NCBI GenBank assembly: GCA_043824255.1
Contig: JBDRTG010000003.1
Location: forward strand, 1 to 16,684
Direction: 5' to 3'
Origin: a bacterium
GTDB taxonomy: Bacteria; JAHJDO01
DNA: 16,684 nt
A model generated the notes under the pieces. The model was not told the DNA's origin. It made no database searches and was given only the letters and a program-made list of their open reading frames with translations. This document shows, piece by piece, positions 1-13,181 of this stretch (positions are counted from its first letter, which is position 1; the number at the start of each line of letters is the position of its first letter). A program made the translations under genes and the position numbers.

Positions 1-1310
<1,310 letters not shown>

Positions 1311-1331
1311 TAAATTATTTTTTTGAAGAAT

Positions 1332-1449
1332 TCCCGGTAGTTATAGGAGAGAGGAAACACCCGTTCCCATACCGAATACGGAAGTTAAGCTCTCTACCGC
1401 CGATGGTACTATTCTGGTGACGGAATGGGAGAGTAGGTAGCTGCCGGGT
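1332..1449 (+). rRNA. rrf: 5S rRNA
   Basis: About 118 nt. Terminal helix CCCGGTAG (1333-1340) / CTGCCGGG (1441-1448). Conserved motifs ACACCCGTTCCCATACCGAA, GAAGTTAAGC, CGCCGATGGTACT and GGGAGAGTAGGT. Starts about 21 nt after the 23S end. Confidence 0.98.
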
Positions 1450-1459
1450 TTTTTTATTC

Positions 1460-1489
1460 TTGATTTTTGTTATTTGCTTCGGGCATAAT
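1460..1489 (+). promoter_or_regulatory. Possible sigma70-type promoter upstream of kdsA
   Basis: TTGATT (1460-1465), 18 nt, CATAAT (1484-1489). A GGAGG RBS at 1502-1506 precedes the ATG at 1516. The AT-rich context makes a chance match possible. Confidence 0.35.
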
Positions 1490-1515
1490 ACTAATAGTCT
1501 GGGAGGGGATACTGA

Positions 1516-2337
1516 ATGAAAGAAATAACATTACGTAACATAAAAATAAGTAATGCAAATCCTATTGTTTTAATTGCAGGGCCATGTGTTATTGAAGATG
1601 AGAAAGTTCCTTTTAAGATTGCAGAGGAACTATTAAAGATAACAGATGATCTGGGAATCCCTTTTATATATAAGTCTTCTTATGATAAAGCCAACAGATC
1701 ATCAGTCAGTTCTTTTAGAGGAATTGGAATAAATAGGGCATTGGGTGTGCTCTCAAAAATAAAGGAGCAGTTTAATATCCCTGTCCTCTCGGATGTTCAT
1801 TCAAAAGAAGAAATTACCATGACAAAGGATATTTTAGACGTTATACAGATACCAGCGTTCCTGTCGAGGCAAACTGATTTATTGATAAGTGCAGGCAAAA
1901 CTGGTAAGGTGATAAACGTAAAAAAAGGACAATTTATGTCTCCATGGGATATGAAAAATGTTATTGGTAAAATTCTCTCAACGAAAAATAAAAAAATTTT
2001 ACTAACAGAAAGAGGAACTAGTTTTGGGTATAATAACTTAGTTGTTGACTTTCGCGGGCTTTCCACAATGGCGCACTTTGGATATCCTGTTATATTTGAC
2101 GCAACACATAGTGTTCAACTTCCGGGAGGTATGGGAGCATCTTCTGGAGGACAGAGAGAATTTATAGAGCCTCTTGTCAAAGCTGCTGTTGCAGTAGGTT
2201 GTGCAGGTCTTTTTTTAGAGGTTCATATTAGTCCAGAGGAAGCTCTTTGTGATGGGGCGAATATGATATCGGTTAAAGAATTGCCAGATCTGCTAAAAAG
2301 AGCAATGTCTATCGATAAACAGGTTAAAAAGGGATAA
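1516..2337 (+). CDS. kdsA: 3-deoxy-8-phosphooctulonate (KDO8P) synthase
   Basis: Motifs LIAGPCVIE, KSSYDKANRS, QIPAFLSRQTDL, NVKKGQF, ERGTSFGYNNLVVD, FDATHSVQLPGG, GLFLEVH and ALCDG. The Cys in AGPC matches the metal-dependent class. GGAGG RBS present. Confidence 0.97.
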   Translation: MKEITLRNIKISNANPIVLIAGPCVIEDEKVPFKIAEELLKITDDLGIPFIYKSSYDKANRSSVSSFRGIGINRALGVLSKIKEQFNIPVLSDVHSKEEITMTKDILDVIQIPAFLSRQTDLLISAGKTGKVINVKKGQFMSPWDMKNVIGKILSTKNKKILLTERGTSFGYNNLVVDFRGLSTMAHFGYPVIFDATHSVQLPGGMGASSGGQREFIEPLVKAAVAVGCAGLFLEVHISPEEALCDGANMISVKELPDLLKRAMSIDKQVKKG

Positions 2338-2341
2338 TTTA

Positions 2342-3304
2342 ATGATTCTGAAAACCGCAAAAAAAGTATTAAGAATAGAAGCAGAAGCAATAAGAAATTT
2401 AATTCCGAAATTGAATAAGAGTTTTGAGGATGCTGTAAAGCTTATACTATCATGTAAAGGAAGGGTTGTTGTAACGGGCATAGGCAAGTCAGGAATTATA
2501 GGTAAGAAGATAGTTGCTACGCTTGCCAGTACAGGTACCCCATCGCTTTTTCTTCATCCCTCGGAAGGTTCACACGGTGATTTAGGGATGATAACAAAGA
2601 GTGATATTGTTATAGCAATATCAAATAGCGGGGAGACAGAGGAAATAAATAATCTTTTGCCTTTTTTTGAGAAGAGAAAAGCTAAAATAATCTCAATGAC
2701 GGGTAGGACGAATTCAACTCTTGCGAGACACAGCGATCTGGTTTTAGATATAGGGGTTAAGCAAGAAGCTTGTCCGCTAGGTCTTGCTCCAACAGCGAGT
2801 ACTACAGCAACGCTTGCAATGGGAGATGCGCTCGCTATAGCTCTTCTTGAGGAAAGAGATTTCAAAAAAGAGGATTATGCACTTTTGCATCCAGCCGGTA
2901 GTTTAGGAAGAAGATTGAGTCTCAAAGTAAAGGATATTATGAAAACAGGAAAACAAATTCCAATTGTTAAACATAATATTACGATGAAAGAAGCAATAGC
3001 AGAAATCTCCAAAAAAGGATTTGGGTTTGCATTGGTTTTAGATGCTAACAAAAAATTAAAAGGGATTGTTACAGACGGAGATGTTAGACGTAGTATTAAA
3101 GTTGAAGGTTTTTTGGATAAAAGAGTTACCGTGTTTATGAGTAAAAACCCGAAAACAATTGATAAGAATTCTCTTGCAGTAGAAGCCCTTGAAAAGATGG
3201 AAAAATACTCAATAACTTCATTATTGATACTTAATAGAAAAGACATACCAGAAGGAGTTATTCACCTTCATGATCTGCTTGGCAGAACTAAGTTTAGGTT
3301 TTAA
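2342..3304 (+). CDS. kdsD: Arabinose-5-phosphate isomerase, KpsF/GutQ family (SIS domain + 2 CBS domains)
   Basis: Motifs GRVVVTGIGKSG, LASTGTPS, HGDLGM, ISNSGET, EACPLGLAPTAST, MGDALA and HPAGSLG. CBS motifs GIVTDGDVRR and GVIHLHDLL. Adjacent to kdsA. Confidence 0.95.
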   Translation: MILKTAKKVLRIEAEAIRNLIPKLNKSFEDAVKLILSCKGRVVVTGIGKSGIIGKKIVATLASTGTPSLFLHPSEGSHGDLGMITKSDIVIAISNSGETEEINNLLPFFEKRKAKIISMTGRTNSTLARHSDLVLDIGVKQEACPLGLAPTASTTATLAMGDALAIALLEERDFKKEDYALLHPAGSLGRRLSLKVKDIMKTGKQIPIVKHNITMKEAIAEISKKGFGFALVLDANKKLKGIVTDGDVRRSIKVEGFLDKRVTVFMSKNPKTIDKNSLAVEALEKMEKYSITSLLILNRKDIPEGVIHLHDLLGRTKFRF

Positions 3305-3319
3305 GGTAAATAGATAGCA

Positions 3320-4222
3320 ATGGTTAAAGACATAACGAGAATTGGCATAGTCGGTAATCCCAGGAAGCCGTCCGCTTTAAAACTGGCTGGAGATTTATCT
3401 GAGTGGCTAGGCAAAAAAGGGATAAGAGTTTTTGTGTCTCATGATTGCGCAGAGATGCTTTTAGATAAAAAACTGGTTGTAGAAAATGAAGCATTATTAT
3501 CCGATATAGATATCCTGATTGCTTTAGGTGGCGATGGAACACTACTTAGTGCAGCAAGGCTTGTTTCATCATCAGGCATACCAATTCTTGGAGTTAATCT
3601 TGGTGGACTTGGTTTTCTCACAGAGATTAATTATTTGCGAATATATGAAGTTCTGGAACAGGTTTTAAACAACAAGTTTTCTATTGAAAATCGGATGCTG
3701 ATTAATGGATATGTTTTAAGAAAGGGAAAAGGGAAGGTTTCCCCTTTTTCTGCACTTAATGATGCAGTAATAACCACAGAAGCAATTGCAAGAGTTCTGA
3801 AGCTTGAGACTTCTATAGATAAGCAATATGTGACTACATATATTGCAGATGGATTGATTATATCAACACCGACAGGCTCTACAGCTTATTCTCTTTCAGC
3901 CGGAGGACCAATTGTGCATCCTGCTCTAAAAGCAATAATTATCACACCAATATGTCCTCATACACTAACTAACAGACCTATTATTGTTTCAGAAAAAAGC
4001 TCTATTTCTGTTGAGCCAATATTTGAGACTAATAAAATAGCGTTAACAATTGATGGGCAGATTAAGTTTGATTTAATGCATTCTGATAAACTAGTTGTAA
4101 AAAAAGCTCCATATACTTTAAAATTAATTTCATCACCTGAGAATGAATTTTTTACAATACTCAGGAAAAAGCTCAACTGGAGTGGACATTCAGTAAATCC
4201 CGAAAGCATTCGGAATAAGTAA
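3320..4222 (+). CDS. nadK: NAD(+) kinase
   Basis: Motifs LGGDGT, GVNLGGLGFL, ALND, DGLIISTPTGSTAYSLSAGGP, TPICPH..RP and IDGQ, with C-terminal LRKKLNW. Confidence 0.96.
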   Translation: MVKDITRIGIVGNPRKPSALKLAGDLSEWLGKKGIRVFVSHDCAEMLLDKKLVVENEALLSDIDILIALGGDGTLLSAARLVSSSGIPILGVNLGGLGFLTEINYLRIYEVLEQVLNNKFSIENRMLINGYVLRKGKGKVSPFSALNDAVITTEAIARVLKLETSIDKQYVTTYIADGLIISTPTGSTAYSLSAGGPIVHPALKAIIITPICPHTLTNRPIIVSEKSSISVEPIFETNKIALTIDGQIKFDLMHSDKLVVKKAPYTLKLISSPENEFFTILRKKLNWSGHSVNPESIRNK

Positions 4223-4235
4223 AAGGTGCTCTGTT

Positions 4236-4439
4236 ATGCCCAACGTGATTATAGACAAGGAGATGTGCAAAGGGTGTGGGCTTTGCATATCAGTATGTCC
4301 TAAAAAAGTGCTGAGTATATCAAAAGTTCAAAATTCAAAAGGGTTTTTTCCTGCAGAGCTTACCTATTCGGGAAAATGTACATCCTGTACATTCTGTGGG
4401 TTAGTTTGTCCTGACATAGCAATTCAAATATATAAGTGA
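4236..4439 (+). CDS. 2x[4Fe-4S] ferredoxin, probably the delta subunit of the downstream 2-oxoacid:ferredoxin oxidoreductase
   Basis: Two CxxCxxCxxxCP motifs (CKGCGLCISVCP, CTSCTFCGLVCP) in 67 aa. The NSKGFFPA linker is typical of ferredoxins that lead vor/kor operons. Confidence 0.93.
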   Translation: MPNVIIDKEMCKGCGLCISVCPKKVLSISKVQNSKGFFPAELTYSGKCTSCTFCGLVCPDIAIQIYK

Positions 4440-6322
4440 AATTCCCATATATACTCTCCCAGATTATTCTGCTCGCATTTATTTTTACATCAATTTTAGG
4501 ACTTGGTAAAAAGATATTAGATCTTTTTAAATTGAGGATGAAGTCCCTTCTTGAGGAAATGTCCCTATCATTTGGACTGGGATTGGGAGTACTATCTATT
4601 CTAGTGCTGCTTATTGGTTTTGCTAAGGGGTTAAATAGATTTTGTCTGTACTCAGTATTATTAATGCTATGCATAATTTCAATCAGGGAGATCAAATACT
4701 TTTTTAGCAGATTAAAATCTAGCTTTTCTGAAAGATTTTCAAAAGAGATAATATCTCAACTTCCATATATCTCCGCATTTAGCAAGTTTTTGATAATATC
4801 AATAGGAGTAACAATGTTTCTTGCCTTTACAGGGGCATTAGCACCTCCTTTGAACTATGATACCCTTTCATACCATCTTGCATTTCCAAAACTCTATGTG
4901 AGAGCCGGCAAGATATTCTTTATCCCTCACAATATGTATTCAAACCTCCCTTTCGGAGTAGAGATGTTATATACCCTTGCTTTGGTAATAAAAGATGGGA
5001 TATTGGCAAAACTGATACATTTTTCTATAGGTATCTTGTGTGCTTTAACAATCTTTGTCCTAGGAAGAAAATACTTTGACGGGAATGTAGGCCTTTTGGC
5101 AGCTGCAATATTTTATAATATGCCTGCGGTATGTTTATCATCAACCTACGCTTTTAACGATCTTGGATTGGTTTTTTATGGTTTACTAATGCTTTTTTGT
5201 ATTCTCAATTGGTCTAATGGGTTTGCAACCCCTAAAAATGAGATTGTATGGTTAATACTTGCCGGTATATTTTGTGGATTTGCAATCGGCACTAAATACA
5301 CAGGCGCATTATATTTTATTCCTACTGCACTTATTTTTATTGTGGCTTTTATAGTTCTAAAAAAAGAGAAAGTTTTTAAGAATACATGCAGAAGTGTGCT
5401 CTTGTTTATATTTTTTGCGTCTCTGACTTTTTCACCATGGCTTATAAAGAATCTTATATATACTCATAACCCAGTATATCCGTTGTTTTATAGCATCTTT
5501 GGCGGCATTGACTGGAACAGAGAGCTTGTCCAAAGGTTTGCCAGATTTCACATATCAAAGGATATGAATGTATTGCATATTGTCTCTCTATTATGGAAAT
5601 TGCCTCTGAATAATCAAGGGAGTGGAATTTTATTAATATTGCCTGTATTGTTTTTTACTAAGCTTAATAGGAACATAAAAGTATTTATATCATACACTGC
5701 ACTAGTTTTTATACTCTGGATATTCTTTACGCACCGGATAATTAGGTTTTTACTTCCTTGCCTATCTGTTTGGAGTCTGTTGGCAGCATATACTCTGGTT
5801 AATTTTAAAAAGAGTAAGATAATTTCAATAGGATTACATGCCTTTGTTATTGGATTTTTATGCTGGAACACATTTAAATTTGCAGCGACTGTTGGCTTTA
5901 ACTTCTTTGATGTAGCGTATGGAAAAGTAACAAAGGAAGAATTCCTATCGAAAAATTTTTACCAGTATGGTGCATTCAAATTTATTAATGAAAGGTTACC
6001 AGAGAATAGCAAAATTCTATTCGTAGGAGAAAATCAGAGTTTCTACTGCGATAGGGATTATGTTGGAAGCAGTCCTCTTGATGTTAACGATATTGTGGAG
6101 ATATCCAATGCATCTGAGAATGCCAGCGTTATTTATGATAAATTGAGGGACATGGATATTACACACATATTATATAACGCCTCTGAGGTCAAAAGAGTCT
6201 CTAATACATATCGTTCATTTAACTGGAAACAAGGAGCAGAGGCGAGATTCAGCGAATTTATGGCGAGATTTACTACTTGCCTATATTCAAAAAAAGGGGT
6301 ATTCTTACTTGGATTAATATAG
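4436..6322 (+). CDS. Polytopic membrane protein, GT-C fold glycosyltransferase-like (ArnT/PMT, GT39-like)
   Basis: Many hydrophobic segments, a loop motif PPLNYDTLSYHL, then FNDL, GTKYTG, PWLIKN...NPVYP and RFLLP, and a soluble C-terminal domain. The GTG start overlaps the ferredoxin stop (GTGA). Substrate cannot be determined from sequence. Confidence 0.75.
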   Translation: MKFPYILSQIILLAFIFTSILGLGKKILDLFKLRMKSLLEEMSLSFGLGLGVLSILVLLIGFAKGLNRFCLYSVLLMLCIISIREIKYFFSRLKSSFSERFSKEIISQLPYISAFSKFLIISIGVTMFLAFTGALAPPLNYDTLSYHLAFPKLYVRAGKIFFIPHNMYSNLPFGVEMLYTLALVIKDGILAKLIHFSIGILCALTIFVLGRKYFDGNVGLLAAAIFYNMPAVCLSSTYAFNDLGLVFYGLLMLFCILNWSNGFATPKNEIVWLILAGIFCGFAIGTKYTGALYFIPTALIFIVAFIVLKKEKVFKNTCRSVLLFIFFASLTFSPWLIKNLIYTHNPVYPLFYSIFGGIDWNRELVQRFARFHISKDMNVLHIVSLLWKLPLNNQGSGILLILPVLFFTKLNRNIKVFISYTALVFILWIFFTHRIIRFLLPCLSVWSLLAAYTLVNFKKSKIISIGLHAFVIGFLCWNTFKFAATVGFNFFDVAYGKVTKEEFLSKNFYQYGAFKFINERLPENSKILFVGENQSFYCDRDYVGSSPLDVNDIVEISNASENASVIYDKLRDMDITHILYNASEVKRVSNTYRSFNWKQGAEARFSEFMARFTTCLYSKKGVFLLGLI

Positions 6323-6335
6323 AGGTATATACCGA

Positions 6336-7418
6336 ATGGCAGAGAAAGTCTTAATGTGTGGAAATGGCGCTGTCGGAGAAGGTGCAATTCAGGCAGGATG
6401 CAGGCATTATTTTGGCTATCCTATAACTCCGCAGAACGAATTAACTGCGTATATGGCAGAGAGATTAGGTGAACTTGGAGGTGTCTTTATCCAATCCGAA
6501 AGTGAACTTGCTGCTATCAACATGGTCTTCGGTGCGTCAGCAGCCGGTGCAAGAGCTATGACGTCCTCATCCAGTCCAGGAATAAGTCTTAAACAGGAAG
6601 GGATTTCCTATATTGCAGCCGCAGAGTTGCCGTGTGTAATTGTGAATGTAATGCGTGCTGGTCCGGGATTGGGAGATATAACTCCTTCTCAGGCAGATTA
6701 CTTTCAGGCAGTAAAAGGTGGAGGACATGGAGATTACAGACTTATTACAATCGGACCTGCCTCTGTTCAGGAGCTTTATGACTGGACAGCCAGAGCTTTT
6801 TACTTAGCAGATAAATACCGAAATCCTGTGATGATACTTGGAGATGGTTTCCTCGGGCAAATGATGGAGCCATTGGAAATAAGAAAGATAAAAGAGACGA
6901 AGCTTCCTCCGAAAACATGGGCGCTTACTGGTGCAAAAGGTCGCAGGGCAAATATAATCAGGACTCTGATGCTGAAAGTTGGAGAACTGGAAGAGCATAA
7001 TAAGAAAATTCAGAACAAATATAAAAGAATAGAAAAGGAGCTTATAGAATACGAAGCAGTGTTGACAGAGGACGCAGATATAATATTGGTAGCTTATGGA
7101 ATGTGCGCTAGAGTTTGTAAAGAATCTGTGTTTCTTTTGAGAAAAGAGGGGATAAAAGCCGGGTTGATTCGGCCTATAACATTATGGCCTTATCCATCAG
7201 CAATAATAAGAAAGATAAGTAACAATGTCAGGTATGTTCTTACTGTGGAGATGAGTGCGGGACAGATGGTTGAGGATGTAAAGCTTGCGGTTCTGGGAAG
7301 ATGCCCTGTGTATTTTTATGGAAGAATGGGGGGAGGAGTTCCCACGTCAGAAGAGATAGTAAATAAAATTAGAGAATTAGAGGTACAAAGGCACAAAGGC
7401 ACGAAAAAGAAAGAATAG
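6336..7418 (+). CDS. vorB: 2-oxoacid:ferredoxin oxidoreductase alpha-type subunit (VorB family, 3-methyl-2-oxobutanoate dehydrogenase type)
   Basis: Motifs FGYPITPQNE, QSESELAAINMVFGA, TSSSSPGISLKQEG, RAGPGLG, QADYFQAVKGGGHGDY, LIRPITLWP and VEMSAGQMVEDV. GAGG RBS present. Confidence 0.92.
   Translation: MAEKVLMCGNGAVGEGAIQAGCRHYFGYPITPQNELTAYMAERLGELGGVFIQSESELAAINMVFGASAAGARAMTSSSSPGISLKQEGISYIAAAELPCVIVNVMRAGPGLGDITPSQADYFQAVKGGGHGDYRLITIGPASVQELYDWTARAFYLADKYRNPVMILGDGFLGQMMEPLEIRKIKETKLPPKTWALTGAKGRRANIIRTLMLKVGELEEHNKKIQNKYKRIEKELIEYEAVLTEDADIILVAYGMCARVCKESVFLLRKEGIKAGLIRPITLWPYPSAIIRKISNNVRYVLTVEMSAGQMVEDVKLAVLGRCPVYFYGRMGGGVPTSEEIVNKIRELEVQRHKGTKKKE
7381..7404 (+). repeat. Three imperfect tandem octamers at the 3' end of vorB
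   Basis: AGGTACAA-AGGCACAA-AGGCACGA, read directly from the sequence. Confidence 0.6.
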
Positions 7419-7420
7419 AG

Positions 7421-8164
7421 ATGAAGAAGATATTTGGCAGACCCAAATGTATGACAGACAAACCGTTTCATTATTGTCCGGGTTGTGGGCATGGGATTGT
7501 CCATAGGTTAATAGGCGAAGTAATAGATGAACTTGGCATTCAGGATAGAACTATTGGAGTTCCTCCTGTTGGGTGCGCAGTTATTATGTATCATTATTTT
7601 AATATAGATATGACTGAAGCTGCGCATGGAAGAACACCTGCTGTTGCAACAGGGATAAAGCGGGTTCATCCTGATAAAGTTGTATTTACATATCAAGGGG
7701 ATGGAGATCTTGCTGCCATAGGCACAGGAGAGATAATTCATGCAGCAAATCGCGGTGAAAGAATAACCACAATATTTGTAAACAATACTGTGTATGGAAT
7801 GACAGGCGGACAAATGGCTCCCACAACCTTGATTAGTCAAAAAACAACAACAACTCCTTTAGGCAGAGATGCCAGGCTGATTGGATACCCGATAAAAATC
7901 TCAGAAATGCTGGCTGTTACAGATGGATCTATTTATATAGAAAGAGTGGCAGTGAATAAACCTGCAAATATTATTAAAGCTAAAAAAGCCATCAAAAAAG
8001 CATTTCAAATACAACTGGAAGACGTGGGATTTTCAATGGTTGAGGTTCTGTCTCAGTGTCCTGTTAACCTTGCTATGACTCCACAGAAGGCTGCAGAATG
8101 GATTGATAATACATTGATAAAGACCTATCCCCTTGGGGTGATTAAGGATAAAAGCGGAGAATAG
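7421..8164 (+). CDS. 2-oxoacid:ferredoxin oxidoreductase beta-type subunit (TPP-binding, Vor type)
   Basis: Motifs HYCPGCGHG, PVGC, HGRTPAVATG, the TPP motif YQGDGDLAAIG...NN, YGMTGGQMAPTT and EVLSQCP. Confidence 0.93.
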   Translation: MKKIFGRPKCMTDKPFHYCPGCGHGIVHRLIGEVIDELGIQDRTIGVPPVGCAVIMYHYFNIDMTEAAHGRTPAVATGIKRVHPDKVVFTYQGDGDLAAIGTGEIIHAANRGERITTIFVNNTVYGMTGGQMAPTTLISQKTTTTPLGRDARLIGYPIKISEMLAVTDGSIYIERVAVNKPANIIKAKKAIKKAFQIQLEDVGFSMVEVLSQCPVNLAMTPQKAAEWIDNTLIKTYPLGVIKDKSGE

Positions 8165-8166
8165 TG

Positions 8167-8697
8167 ATGTCTCGGATTCTTGTAGCAGGTTTTGGTGGGC
8201 AGGGAATAGTGTCAATGGGTAAGATGCTGGCATATGCTGGCATGAAAGAGGGCAAACACGTTACCTCTCTTCCCTCATATGGACCGGAAATGCGTGGAGG
8301 AACTGCAAATTGCTCAGTTATTATATCGGAAAGAGAAATAGCTTCTCCATTTATATCACATCCGGATACGCTTATTGTAATGAACCAGGCATCATTGGAT
8401 AAATTTTCCAAACTTGTTTTGAATGATGGACTCATAATTGCAAACAGTAGTCTGGTAAAAATAAATAAGGATATGAGGACTAAGACAAGAGTTGTAGAAA
8501 TTCCTGCAAATGATGTAGCAGTTGAGCTTGGGAATCTGAAGGTAGCAAATATGATTGTTTTAGGAGCATTTGCCAGGGAAACTGGTGAGGTAAAACTAGA
8601 TTTTTTAAAGGCAGCTTTAGAAAAAATCCTTCCTCTCAGGAGGCATAATCTTATCCCAATAAATGTTAAGGCGTTGGAGAGAGGATTCAATATATGA
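8167..8697 (+). CDS. 2-oxoacid:ferredoxin oxidoreductase gamma subunit
   Basis: Motifs AGFGGQG, PSYGPEMRGGTANC and ANMIVLGA. The ATG at 8167 has GGAG 7 nt upstream; GTG at 8164 is an alternative start. Confidence 0.93.
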   Translation: MSRILVAGFGGQGIVSMGKMLAYAGMKEGKHVTSLPSYGPEMRGGTANCSVIISEREIASPFISHPDTLIVMNQASLDKFSKLVLNDGLIIANSSLVKINKDMRTKTRVVEIPANDVAVELGNLKVANMIVLGAFARETGEVKLDFLKAALEKILPLRRHNLIPINVKALERGFNI

Positions 8698-9677
8698 AAG
8701 GTATAGATATAAACCAGTTGAGACACGTGATAGCAGGGTTTAAGAGTACAAAAGTGCTTGTTGTGGGAGACCTGATGCTTGATAAATTTGTCTGGGGAAA
8801 TGTGGAGCGCATTTCCCCAGAAGCACCTGTGCCTGTTGTTAAAATTAGTTCTGAGTCCGCTATGATGGGCGGCGCATCTAATGTTGCAAATAATATATGC
8901 GCACTTGGCGCAGAGGCATTAATTACAGGAATTATTGGAGACGATATTGCAGGAGAAGAATTTCTGCAGTTGGTAAAGAAACAGGGCATGAATGAAGATG
9001 GGATTATTCTAAGTAAGAAAAGACCGACCATAGTAAAGACAAGAATCATCGCTCAACATCAGCAAGTTGTCAGGACAGACAAGGAATTTGTCAGCCAGAT
9101 TAATGCTGCAGAAGCAAAAAGAATACTTGCATATATCAAATCCAATATGCGTAGCATTTCTGCCATTGTCATATCTGATTACGGAAAGGGCATTGTAACA
9201 CGGTATCTAGTTAAACAAATTATAAAGTTGAACAGGGAATTTAATTATCCAATTATTGTTGACCCTGTACCGAGACATTTTACATATTACAAGAATACGA
9301 CCATGATAACACCAAATAATCATGAAGCAGGAGAGAGTCTTAAAACAGAGATAAAGGATGAACAAAGTTTAGTGCGAGTAGGGAAGAATTTGTTAAAGTT
9401 ATTACAGGCAAATGCAATATTAATTACTCGTGGAGAGAAGGGGATGTTCCTTTTTGAAAGAGATGGTAAGATAGCTAATATTCCAACTGTTGCAAAAGAG
9501 GTTTTTGATGTAACTGGTGCAGGAGATACAGTTGTTGGAGCACTTGCATTGTGTCTTGGAAATAAAGCATCAATGTATGAATCTGCATATATTGCAAATC
9601 ATGCTGCAGGTATTGTTGTTGGAAAACTTGGAACAGCCACAGTATCTATAGATGAACTGAGAAAAAGCCTGGAATGA
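8694..9677 (+). CDS. rfaE1: D-glycero-D-manno-heptose-7-phosphate kinase (stand-alone HldA/RfaE domain I)
   Basis: Motifs VVGDLMLD, VERISPEAPVPVV, GGASNVA, QQVVRTD, ISDYGKG, TPNNHEA, ITRGEKGM and the PfkB signature DVTGAGDT. No fused adenylyltransferase domain. Confidence 0.95.
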   Translation: MKGIDINQLRHVIAGFKSTKVLVVGDLMLDKFVWGNVERISPEAPVPVVKISSESAMMGGASNVANNICALGAEALITGIIGDDIAGEEFLQLVKKQGMNEDGIILSKKRPTIVKTRIIAQHQQVVRTDKEFVSQINAAEAKRILAYIKSNMRSISAIVISDYGKGIVTRYLVKQIIKLNREFNYPIIVDPVPRHFTYYKNTTMITPNNHEAGESLKTEIKDEQSLVRVGKNLLKLLQANAILITRGEKGMFLFERDGKIANIPTVAKEVFDVTGAGDTVVGALALCLGNKASMYESAYIANHAAGIVVGKLGTATVSIDELRKSLE

Positions 9678-9683
9678 TATTGT

Positions 9684-10406
9684 ATGAAGTACGGTCTACT
9701 ATCAGATATACATGCTAACCTGGAAGCGTTGAATGCTGTTCTGGAGAAATTCAAAGAGGAACAGGTTGAGAAAAATATATGTTTAGGTGATATAGTCGGC
9801 TATGGAGCAAATCCAAATGAATGCGTGGAACTCATCAAAAATAATGATTTTGAATGTGTTGCAGGAAACCATGATTGGGCAGTTATCGGCAAGCAGGATA
9901 TAGAATACTTCAATCCGATAGCAAAAGAGTCTGTGATATGGACCGCTGACACACTGACTGGTAATAATAAGGAATATTTAGAGCAGCTTGAATTAGAGAA
10001 AGAGTTTCCTGAGTTTGTTATTGTGCATGCAACAATACTTGAGCCTGACCAGTGGAAATATATAAGAACAACTCTTGATGCTCATCGCAATTTTGAAAAA
10101 CTTACGAAGCCTGTGTGTTTTTTCAGCCATTCCCATGTCCCCATAGTTTTTAAAGAAACAGAGCGACCTGAATTTTCCTTTGATATGAGTATCGAAATTG
10201 AAGAAGGCACCAAGTATTTAATAAATATTGGAAGTGTAGGACAGCCCAGAGACAAAAATCCTGACGCATGTTATGCTATTTACGATACAGAAGAAAAAAA
10301 AGTTGAGATAAAAAGAGTTTCTTATGATATTAAAACTGCTCAAGATAAAATAAGAGAAGCAGACCTGCCTCGGATGTCGGCTTATAGACTGGAAACAGGT
10401 GAATAA
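9684..10406 (+). CDS. Calcineurin-like metallophosphoesterase
   Basis: Motifs SDIHAN, LGDIVGYG, GNHD, HSH and NIGSVGQPRD. Confidence 0.92.
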   Translation: MKYGLLSDIHANLEALNAVLEKFKEEQVEKNICLGDIVGYGANPNECVELIKNNDFECVAGNHDWAVIGKQDIEYFNPIAKESVIWTADTLTGNNKEYLEQLELEKEFPEFVIVHATILEPDQWKYIRTTLDAHRNFEKLTKPVCFFSHSHVPIVFKETERPEFSFDMSIEIEEGTKYLINIGSVGQPRDKNPDACYAIYDTEEKKVEIKRVSYDIKTAQDKIREADLPRMSAYRLETGE

Positions 10407-10417
10407 GTCTATGATTC

Positions 10418-13177
<2,760 letters not shown>

Positions 13178-13181
<4 letters not shown>

